DNA of 32,000 bases from Edaphobacter aggregans. Lineage in GTDB: Bacteria; Acidobacteriota; Terriglobia; Terriglobales; Acidobacteriaceae. The stretch covers positions 1,050,001 to 1,082,000 of the forward strand of contig NZ_RSDW01000001.1 in assembly GCF_003945235.1 (NCBI RefSeq). Reading direction: 5' to 3'. The notes under the pieces are model-generated. The model was not told the origin of the DNA and ran no database searches. It worked only from the letters and a program-made list of their open reading frames with translations. Shown here piece after piece: positions 8,951 to 16,403 of the stretch. The stretch's first letter is position 1. The number at the start of each line of letters is the position of its first letter. A program made the translations under genes and the position numbers.

Positions 8951-10918
8951 TCAGGCGTACGCAAAAAGCTCACGTGCCACTGCCAACGGCAGTTCCACCC
9001 TGAAAACAGACCCTCCTTCAGGTCGATTATCGAAGGTAATACGGCCTCCGAGAGAGTCAAGGATAGAACGGCAGATCGACAGTCCCATGCCGAGGCCTTC
9101 ACTCTTAGTCGTGAAGAAAGGCATAAACAATTTCATCTTGTCCTTTTCGGCGATGCCCGGACCATTGTCTTCCACAAGGATGATTCCACAGTTTGCGTCC
9201 GTCCCCATGCACGTCGTCACAGTGAGGACTCTTCCCTCTTGCGGTATATTTCGCATAGCGTCCATGCCATTGTTGATCAGATTCAAAATGACCTGTTGCA
9301 ATGGAATTTCATCACCCAGCACCTTCGGTACGGCGTCTGAAAGTATCAAGCGAAGCTCGACACCACGAAGGAGCGCATCTTTCCGCACAAGTCGGCTTAC
9401 ACCAGTTGCGATCTCATTGAGGTCTACCTCGTGACGAGCGATCGTTTGCTTCTTGAAGAGTGCCCGCATGTTCTCCAATACTGCCCGTGCCCGCTTATCA
9501 TCCTCTCGAATGTCGGCCAACGCTGCTCGGATTTCCAGCATGTCGGGCGAAGGCCTGGTGGCAAGACGTTCGGCTGCTTGCGCGTTCCCGAGGATCGCAG
9601 CCAATGGCTGGGCTAGTTCGTGCGCAAGTGAGGCAGCCATATGACCCATCGACGCTACACGGTTTAGATGAGAGATCTCTTCCAGTGCCAGTTGGCGTTC
9701 CAAAAGCTGCTGTGCCTTGGTCCTTCGTTTGATCAGCCAGATCAATAGAAATACTAGCGCCGTCTCAGCAACTAAGAAACCGAGCAAAGCGATAATTCTA
9801 TATTTGTATTTTTCCCAATCCGTCGGCTGCCGAAACAGGATCGTAGATTCGGGTGGAATCTTCGACTCCGAAATATCCCAGCGTCGTAGTTGCCGTGCGT
9901 CGAAGATGAATCCATTGGTGCCCACTACGGCAGGTATATCCTGCGGTTTCTCACCGCTCAGAATTCTGGATGCAATTTTGCCCGCCTCCCGGCCCTGGCC
10001 TGCAAAACTACTCACATAGCCGCCAACCGCTCCATGACCTATAAGAGTGTCAAACAGAACAAAGATCGGGGCATTGGCCACACTCGTTAGCATCTCGAGT
10101 GACGTAGCTCTTGGAAAATAAGTTTCGGCTGCATCTCGTTCGAGTGCGGTGTACAAGACGATCGTGTCACTGGGCAGGCGCTTCAGTCGCTCAATGAGCG
10201 CGGGCATGGCGAGGTCAGTGAGGTAGGTTATTTCAAGTTGAGATTCGTAGGTGGTGAGACTCTTTTTGACAGCGGCCTCAAGCTCTCTGTCATACAAGCC
10301 TGTGCCACCAACCACAACGACGTGTCTGGTAGTTGGAAGCAAACGCAGAGCCACGTCCAAAGTTCTTTCTGGCTGCCTGTTTAGCCAAACCCCTGTAAAG
10401 GAAGGGCCAAACTGCGGATTGCCTGCTTCCTCTTTTGTCGCGCCGCTGAAAACCACCGGAGTGTTTTTGAAGTAGGTTTCATGTGCCTCAACCATGAACT
10501 GAATCGGCGATGGCCCGGCAGCGATAATTAGATCGAGTTTGCGATCTTTATATTTGCGAATATAGGTTTCGCGGATCTGCTGTTGTGAAGCCTCATCTGG
10601 AAATAGACTCGTTTCCATCGACTCGGTATAGAGTTCAACCAGATAGGGTGATTCTTCATCCAGAGTGGCACGCAACTGAGGGTCAATCAAACGGAATGCG
10701 AGCGCCGAGGGCCCTGTCTCATAGATAATGAGGATCTTACGGACGCCATGCGCGGCTGTCGCTGCGGTCAGTTGAATTGAAAAAGTAAACGCTAGAAGAA
10801 TGAACACCGTGGCTGCACGCCACCGGCGATCGCGCTTGTCGGCAGAGATGCGCGATAAGAAGTGCCGATAGACGAGTCGTTCAACGGCCGGTATTCGATT
10901 ATCCAGATGGCCGGCCAA
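8951..10918 (-). CDS. sensor histidine kinase with periplasmic ABC-substrate-binding-like sensor domain
   Basis: One N-terminal TM segment, then a periplasmic domain of about 300 aa of the ABC_sub_bind type (KILIIYETGP...VVVVGGTG...). A second TM segment (IIALLGFLVAETALVFLLIWLI) follows, then H-box SLAHELAQPLAAI and HATPase boxes NLINNGMDA, DNGPGI and GLGMGLSI. The listed start is TTG and the true start is uncertain. Confidence 0.85.
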   Translation of the reverse strand: MAGHLDNRIPAVERLVYRHFLSRISADKRDRRWRAATVFILLAFTFSIQLTAATAAHGVRKILIIYETGPSALAFRLIDPQLRATLDEESPYLVELYTESMETSLFPDEASQQQIRETYIRKYKDRKLDLIIAAGPSPIQFMVEAHETYFKNTPVVFSGATKEEAGNPQFGPSFTGVWLNRQPERTLDVALRLLPTTRHVVVVGGTGLYDRELEAAVKKSLTTYESQLEITYLTDLAMPALIERLKRLPSDTIVLYTALERDAAETYFPRATSLEMLTSVANAPIFVLFDTLIGHGAVGGYVSSFAGQGREAGKIASRILSGEKPQDIPAVVGTNGFIFDARQLRRWDISESKIPPESTILFRQPTDWEKYKYRIIALLGFLVAETALVFLLIWLIKRRTKAQQLLERQLALEEISHLNRVASMGHMAASLAHELAQPLAAILGNAQAAERLATRPSPDMLEIRAALADIREDDKRARAVLENMRALFKKQTIARHEVDLNEIATGVSRLVRKDALLRGVELRLILSDAVPKVLGDEIPLQQVILNLINNGMDAMRNIPQEGRVLTVTTCMGTDANCGIILVEDNGPGIAEKDKMKLFMPFFTTKSEGLGMGLSICRSILDSLGGRITFDNRPEGGSVFRVELPLAVARELFAYA

Positions 10919-11087
10919 CGATGCACCTCCGACCCGCTTCGTAATTCGATTACAGACCTAGCAATGTCCACTGACACATACAACAAAATCAACAAGATAC
11001 GACGTCAACGATCTTTTGTAACCGACTGCAGGATTGTACTTATGAAGATTCTCTTCCTGAAGAAAAGGTTGCCTTTGCGCGCGCTCT

Positions 11088-11795
11088 TCATCCTGCTCTG
11101 AGGTAGAGAAGCAACTCGGCGTGTTCTAACGTAACCGGACAACATTTATTGTGAGCGTCACTATCCTTCGGAGATAGGTGGTGTCGAATTGCGAAGCGAA
11201 CGAGATCGGAATTAGTCTTCAGGTCAAACTCTTCCATGATGCGGTATTTGTGAAAGCTACGGTTCGCACAGCGATGATTAAGGACTGCCGCCACCTCTTT
11301 CATAGAGTGTCCTTCGGCTAAGAGCCGTAACACCTGTCTCTGACGTTGCGTAAGCTCTTTGGTGCGATCATGATGGGGGTCACGGACAAACTCATTCATC
11401 AATTTCTGCGCGATACTTTGGTGTCACATAGGTTCGTCCACCCAAAACTTCTCCTATAGCTCCATACCGGCGGATTTCTTCAAAAGATATCCAGACGACC
11501 AATGGCGCAAAGCCATAGAAGCAACGTCGGGGTCCTCATTCATCGTGAGAACGATAAGCTTGGTTTTGGGTAAGAGCTTTTTCAACTGCTGTCCAGCATC
11601 GAGTCCATTGAGCAATGGCATGGCATACTAAGATCCAACAAAAACAATATCGAGTTTCATCTCCAACGCAACTGAAAGCATGCTTCGACCATCCGACACC
11701 ATTTCGACAACGTGGCAATCAGGCTCGAGCAGGCTCTTGAACGCCTCGGCAACCATTGTGTGGTCATCTGCGATCAGAATTCTTGGCCTGTCCAT
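11088..11795 (-). pseudogene. degraded NarL/LuxR-type response regulator (premature stops plus frameshifts)
   Basis: The ATG at 11795 opens a receiver domain (MDRPRILIADDHTMVAEAFKSLLEP...LDIVFV). It hits an in-frame TAG at 11630-11628, where the phospho-acceptor Asp block should be; DLSMP reads in another frame. The same frame resumes (MPLLNGLDAGQQLKKLLPKTKLIVLTMNEDPDVA..GYLLKKSAG) to a second TAG at 11456-11454. The linker AIGEVLGGRTYVTPK is in a second frame and the LuxR HTH (TQRQRQVLRLLAEGHSMKEVAAVL) is in a third (listed ORF 11088..11402). Confidence 0.7.
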
Positions 11796-12185
11796 TCGCC
11801 CCCGAACCCTGCTTTACTAGACATGTTGTCCTAAAGAACCAAGATGTGGCTGCCCTCAAGACCTCACGAGCTCTAGTCACTTGCATTTCATAGAGCCACA
11901 ATTATGGGCGTCCTAAATGGTTTTCTCATCTGCTAAATCTGACAGGATTCCCGGAGCATTCTCCAAGAGCTACCGTAGCAGACTGAATATGTCGTCCCAC
12001 TTCAGTAAACTACGTTTGCAGTTGGATACATCGTGATTTTCAAAAGCCTCACAAGGCGACACGCTTCGTGAAAATGCACAACTCTCGAGCCAATAGATAA
12101 GACAACAGGATTCGAGAAATTATCCAGTATTCCAGCAAACACCGCTATCTTGAAACTGATCCACAATTTTTTTAGGAGGTGCTGC

Positions 12186-13307
12186 GTGCCAGGAGTGGAC
12201 TCAATATCTCTTCGCCTTCGCGAACCATACAGGCTGGTAGGAGTTTACAGAGTTCGCTTTATGAGCTCGTGCTTGGGCCTATTACTCTGTACTTGCCTCT
12301 GGGGTGTCTTTATGCCCGAAGTGTACGGGTCCACTCGCTTGAAGACCGATGTTGTCTACATGAAAAATGGAGACAAAATCACGTGTGAGATCCGTTCGCT
12401 CGAGCAAGGACAATTGACGATCAAACAGGAATATGCCAATTCCACAGTGGCCCTTGATTGGGAGAAAGTTGATCGAATCGAGACGCAGCAGCCATTCGTG
12501 GTAGCTGACACCCGAGGCAATGCCTTCAACGGAATTCTCTCAGAGAAAACTGATCAGAGTTTCCTTACCATCGTTGGAAGCACCACGGGCAAAATCTCAC
12601 ACGATGAGGTGGTCAGTATTCAGCAGACAGGAGAGACTTTTGTTCGACGACTGAAGGGATCGATCGACCTGGGGCTTGACTTTGCTCAATCGAACTCCCA
12701 AAAGAACCTGACACTACAGTCCGATCTCACCTACCAGGCCACGAGACAGTTCTTTGCAGTCACATCCAGTTCTCAGTTCACAAGTCAACAGGAGACCAAC
12801 AATACCAGTGAAACGACGGTCAAGAGTGAGTATTTTCACCAGCTTCGCAAGTCAAACTGGTACGGAGGAGGAATCGCAAACTTTCTTTCAAGCTCGGAGC
12901 AGCAGATCAGTTTACGTTCTACATTCGGGGGAGCCCTTGCGATCCGGCCTGTTTACACGAACAAGACGAATCTTTCGCTCATTGGTGCTCTCGCCTATAC
13001 CTCTGAGAAAGATGCATCGAATGCCACATCGACAGCAAGTACTCAGGCGCTCGACTCTGCTGTTGCGGTCCAATTTTCAACGTTCCGGTTCGACTCAACA
13101 AACTTTGCTACAACTGTGTGGATTTATCCGAGCCTGACTTCCCCAGGTCGGGTACGTATGACCATAAATCAGGACGTATATTACAAGTTCTACAAAGATT
13201 TCTATGTTCGTGCGAGCTTCTACAGTAACTACGATAACCGCCCCGTAGTAGGAGCTCCTTCGAATAACCTGGGTGCATCTTCGACAGTCGGATGGTCTTT
13301 TCGGTAA
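12186..13307 (+). CDS. DUF481-like outer-membrane beta-barrel protein
   Basis: The long ORF begins with a signal-like segment (SSCLGLLLCTCLWGVF) and an N-terminal VVYMKNGDKITCEIRSLEQGQLTI module. The remainder has alternating beta-strand character and is rich in S/T/N/Y/F, ending ...VGWSFR. The GTG at 12186 lies 6 nt after AGGAGG (12174-12179). Alternative starts are 12150 (TTG) and 12261 (ATG). Confidence 0.65.
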   Translation: MPGVDSISLRLREPYRLVGVYRVRFMSSCLGLLLCTCLWGVFMPEVYGSTRLKTDVVYMKNGDKITCEIRSLEQGQLTIKQEYANSTVALDWEKVDRIETQQPFVVADTRGNAFNGILSEKTDQSFLTIVGSTTGKISHDEVVSIQQTGETFVRRLKGSIDLGLDFAQSNSQKNLTLQSDLTYQATRQFFAVTSSSQFTSQQETNNTSETTVKSEYFHQLRKSNWYGGGIANFLSSSEQQISLRSTFGGALAIRPVYTNKTNLSLIGALAYTSEKDASNATSTASTQALDSAVAVQFSTFRFDSTNFATTVWIYPSLTSPGRVRMTINQDVYYKFYKDFYVRASFYSNYDNRPVVGAPSNNLGASSTVGWSFR

Positions 13308-13324
13308 AGCTCCAGACTTGTCTT

Positions 13325-13951
13325 TTACAACGACGGCAGATGGCCGCAAGCGCGCAAGCGTTCAACTAGTCGGACGATGTCAGTAACAGACTGTGCACCT
13401 AGCTTCTGCATGACCCTGCCACGCTGCACCTTGATCGTCTTTTCTGCCGTACCGAATTCACCGCCAATTTGCTTGTTCAGCATGCCTTGCGCCACGCGCA
13501 CACATACCTCCCGCTCTCTCAGAGTCAAGGTTTCGAAGACCGCGCGATCGCGGCCGAGCGTATCGAGACGAACACAGGCTTGTCGCGACCTGGCGAGCGC
13601 TGCATCCACGGCAGCAAGCAGTTGACTCGCATCGAAGGGCTTCGTGAGAAAGTCGACAGCGCCCGCTTTCATGGCGCGAACAGAGTCGGGGATATTAGCG
13701 TGACCACTGATGAAAACAATCGACATGCTTTCATGTGCTCGCGTTAGCACTTGCTGCAAATCGAGTCCGCTCATCTCAGGCATCTGAAGATCGAGGACGA
13801 CACATGCTGGGTCGGAATCGAGTTGCTGCCCCAGGAACTCTCGAGCGGAAGGATAGGTTCGGACCTGTCTACCGTGCGAGCGAAGAAGTCGCTCCACCGC
13901 ACAACGAACACTCAAGTCGTCGTCGATAACGTGAACTGTACCTTCTGTCAT
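13325..13951 (-). CDS. FixJ/NarL-family response regulator (receiver + LuxR-type HTH)
   Basis: Receiver motifs VHVIDDD, CVVLDLQMPEMSG and FLTKP. C-terminal HTH LTLREREVCVRVAQGMLNKQIGGEFGTAEKTIKVQRGRVMQKLG. Confidence 0.9.
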   Translation of the reverse strand: MTEGTVHVIDDDLSVRCAVERLLRSHGRQVRTYPSAREFLGQQLDSDPACVVLDLQMPEMSGLDLQQVLTRAHESMSIVFISGHANIPDSVRAMKAGAVDFLTKPFDASQLLAAVDAALARSRQACVRLDTLGRDRAVFETLTLREREVCVRVAQGMLNKQIGGEFGTAEKTIKVQRGRVMQKLGAQSVTDIVRLVERLRACGHLPSL

Positions 13952-14041
13952 GGATCGCGCTCCATGGGTATTTCGCCAACTGGCGTCTTACATGGGCCGA
14001 AGGGTTCCCGTCTGACGCCTAAGAGTCTAGCACCAGGATTG

Positions 14042-14419
14042 CTATGTGATCACCTTGTTGATTAATGAAATCAATTGATTTTCATCTACGGGCTTTCTCA
14101 AGTAGGGGCTATCACCGATTCGGACACTCCAATCGGCGAAGTCGGACTCAGAGTGTGCGGTGACAAAAAGATGCGGAATCGGCGAGCCTAGTTCAATCAG
14201 GCGATCCCTCAGTTCAAAGCCATTCATCTCTGGAAGTTCAATATCAAGAATGAGGCAATGTATCTGCAACAGTTCGGGATCAGCTAATGCAGCTTCCGCG
14301 GATTCGTACGTGACACACTCAGAGCCACGAGCCCGGAACAAGCGGCTCATAGCTTTGCGTACAGAAAGGTCATCATCGACCAATCCAATGCGCGTCGCAG
14401 TTGGAAGACAGTCGATCAT
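14042..14419 (-). CDS. stand-alone receiver-domain response regulator
   Basis: Motifs IGLVDDD, CLILDIELPEMNG and YLRKP, with no output domain. The ATG at 14419 is one codon inside the listed TTG start at 14422. Confidence 0.85.
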   Translation of the reverse strand: MIDCLPTATRIGLVDDDLSVRKAMSRLFRARGSECVTYESAEAALADPELLQIHCLILDIELPEMNGFELRDRLIELGSPIPHLFVTAHSESDFADWSVRIGDSPYLRKPVDENQLISLINKVIT

Positions 14420-14449
14420 CAATTATGTGCAGCTATGCCCAGAAGTAGA

Positions 14450-14485
14450 AATATACAACGAGTGATGAAATGTGCAATTGGCCCT
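14450..14485 (-). promoter_or_regulatory. candidate promoter of the regulator operon carrying a half-copy of the shared operator
   Basis: Minus strand reads GAAGGGCCAATTGCAC. The -35 TTGCAC is at 14477-14472, followed by a 16-nt spacer and a -10 TATATT (14455-14450), about 30 nt before the ATG at 14419. It shares CCAATTGCAC with the sortase promoter, but the distal palindrome arm is missing. Confidence 0.45.
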
Positions 14486-14535
14486 TCTGCTTACGCAGCC
14501 TTCTTTTTTGTAGGGACTTCGTATCGACCGTCGAT

Positions 14536-14583
14536 GATTGGACTAAGGTCCAATTGCACCCCCTCCGAACGGGTTGTTATAGT
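14536..14583 (+). promoter_or_regulatory. operator-plus-promoter upstream of the sortase operon
   Basis: GATTGGACTAAGGTCCAATTGC (14536-14557) overlaps a -35 TTGCAC (14554-14559), followed by an 18-nt spacer and a -10 TATAGT (14578-14583). A second TATAGT lies at 14595-14600. The leader to the ATG at 14718 is about 130 nt. Confidence 0.6.
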
Positions 14584-14717
14584 CCGTTTCGGCTTATAGT
14601 GTAAGAAACCCCGCGATTCGCTGGTCGCGAGTATAAGTGGACTTTCTAGCTCGATTTAGTCACTACAGGTGACAGCGCCGTCGGCGCCGTCAGCGGAAAG
14701 GCGGCGAAAGTTACGCG

Positions 14718-15413
14718 ATGAAGTCTTATCGGCGACTCGAACGTGTCTTGTTGATTGCGGGTTTGGCCTTGCTAATAGTAAGCATCGTTGTGCGACTCAA
14801 CGGGTTGGTGATGGCACGGGCCGGGGTCTGGAGTTTTGAAGCGCATCAATCGGAGTCGGCGGACTCTGCCGGCGGGAAGCCAGAGAATTCTTCGCTCGAT
14901 TTCAGCCTTTGGTCGGAGAAACGAGTCCGCGCATACAAGGCTGCTTTGGGGATGAAGTTTGATGCGCCGTTGGCAGTTCTCGCTATTCCAAGGATAGGAC
15001 TTGAAGTGCCTGTATTCGACGGAACTGACGATCTGATTCTCAACCGGGGAGCGGGCAGGATTACAGGAACAGCAAAGCCGGGTCAACCAGGAAATATCGG
15101 CATAGCCGCGCACCGCGATGGTTTCTTTCGCGGCCTGAAGGACATTCGCGTGGGGGATCGCATCGAACTTCGGACACAGGGTGATGCGGCCCTCTACGCA
15201 GTCGACGATATAGAGATCGTGCAGCCTACCGACGTAACCGTACTACGGAATCGTTCAAGCCCTTCACTCACTCTGGTGACTTGCTATCCGTTCTACTTCG
15301 TCGGGGATGCCCCGCAACGTTACATAGTCCATGCATCAATTGTGGATTCCGACAAAACCGCCGCGTCTAAATTCAATTCTGCAGTTCAGAAGGAAAAGGA
15401 GCATACACAATGA
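14718..15413 (+). CDS. sortase-family transpeptidase (N-terminal membrane anchor)
   Basis: TM anchor VLLIAGLALLIVSIVVRL. Catalytic His in IGIAAHRDGF (codon 15111-15113), Cys in TLVTCYPF (codon 15282-15284) and Arg in QRYIVHA. Confidence 0.85.
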   Translation: MKSYRRLERVLLIAGLALLIVSIVVRLNGLVMARAGVWSFEAHQSESADSAGGKPENSSLDFSLWSEKRVRAYKAALGMKFDAPLAVLAIPRIGLEVPVFDGTDDLILNRGAGRITGTAKPGQPGNIGIAAHRDGFFRGLKDIRVGDRIELRTQGDAALYAVDDIEIVQPTDVTVLRNRSSPSLTLVTCYPFYFVGDAPQRYIVHASIVDSDKTAASKFNSAVQKEKEHTQ

Positions 15414-16201
15414 ACTTAAAAAATAGCTGGGCACATATTGGGCCGGTGCTTGCGGTGGGGACTCTTTGCGTAGTCCTCACTCCTAGCATAAGCGCTCAGG
15501 TACAAACGGAAACCGAAACCACCCATGGAAAGGCTACGCATGATGTACAGGTCGAGCGCGGCGAGGTCGTCATGGTGTCGGGCAATGACCTTATCGTAAA
15601 GAAGGATGATGGTCAGATTGTGCACATTCCCAATGTCCCGGAAAGCGCCCGGGTCAATGTGGATGGAAAGCAGCTTAGTGTTCACGAGTTGCAACCGGGC
15701 ATGAAGTTGCAACGCACAATCACGACGACAACGACTCCCCAAACCGTTACGACAACGCAAAACGTAACAGGAACCGTATGGCACGTCACCCCTCCAACCA
15801 GTGTGATCCTCCGGTTGGAAGATGGTACCAACCAGCAGTTCACTATCCCCAGGGGTCAGAAGTTCATGATCAATGGGCGGGAGACTGATGCTCGGGACTT
15901 GAGAAGGGGCATGACGATTACAGCTACCAGAATCGTCGAGGAGCCAATGACGGTGGTCACGCATCAGAGGGAAGTGACGGGCACGATGCCGCCGCCTCCA
16001 CCTGCTCCCCCTGCAAACACTCCGATCCTGATCGTTGTGTCGCGACCGACACCAGCACCTGCAGCCGCTGCCGAGGCTGAGGCGCCGGCCAAGTTGCCTA
16101 AGACTGGATCGATTGTGCCTTCCATCGGGCTCCTGGGGATCGTGTTCCTGGGCGCGTCGTTTGGTTTGACGATGTTCCGGAAGTTACGCGCTGTGGCTTA
16201 G
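15410..16201 (+). CDS. secreted LPKTG-motif protein (predicted sortase substrate)
   Basis: Signal peptide ...LCVVLTPSISA/QV, then two related beta-rich modules, a Thr-rich linker and a Pro/Ala-rich spacer. The C-terminal sorting signal is LPKTG (16094-16108), 23 hydrophobic residues, then RKLRAVA. ATGA overlap with the sortase stop. Confidence 0.85.
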   Translation: MNLKNSWAHIGPVLAVGTLCVVLTPSISAQVQTETETTHGKATHDVQVERGEVVMVSGNDLIVKKDDGQIVHIPNVPESARVNVDGKQLSVHELQPGMKLQRTITTTTTPQTVTTTQNVTGTVWHVTPPTSVILRLEDGTNQQFTIPRGQKFMINGRETDARDLRRGMTITATRIVEEPMTVVTHQREVTGTMPPPPPAPPANTPILIVVSRPTPAPAAAAEAEAPAKLPKTGSIVPSIGLLGIVFLGASFGLTMFRKLRAVA

Positions 16202-16261
16202 GAAGTATATGGCCCTCTGGTAAGTACGGTGGGCCGTTCTTCTCTTCTCAGTTAGAAGTTA

Positions 16262-16298
16262 TTTGACCCTTCCGTCCGCAATGGATGGAAGGGTCAAA
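16262..16298 (+). terminator. strong stem-loop after the sortase operon (no U-tract)
   Basis: TTTGACCCTTCC (16262-16273), a 13-nt loop, then GGAAGGGTCAAA (16287-16298) form a perfect 12-bp stem. No T-run follows on either strand, so intrinsic-terminator function is uncertain. Confidence 0.35.
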
Positions 16299-16403
16299 CA
16301 GCGTACCTTCATGGGAGCTTTAAGTCTCATTCTCTTATTCCCATTGGAGATTGAAAGACGTTTCGTGGGTGAAGCGTTGGTCGCTTTGAGAAGGGAAATA
16401 CCG

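Noticed and set aside
11536-11718. 60-aa ORF within the decayed regulator region
   Set aside because: It is out of frame relative to the recognisable receiver-domain reading frame and has no family resemblance.
11828-11917. GTCCTAAA direct repeat (11828-11835 and 11910-11917) as additional regulator binding sites
   Set aside because: An 8-mer recurring within a roughly 400-nt AT-richer spacer is expected by chance about once. Its similarity to the 22-nt operator is weak.
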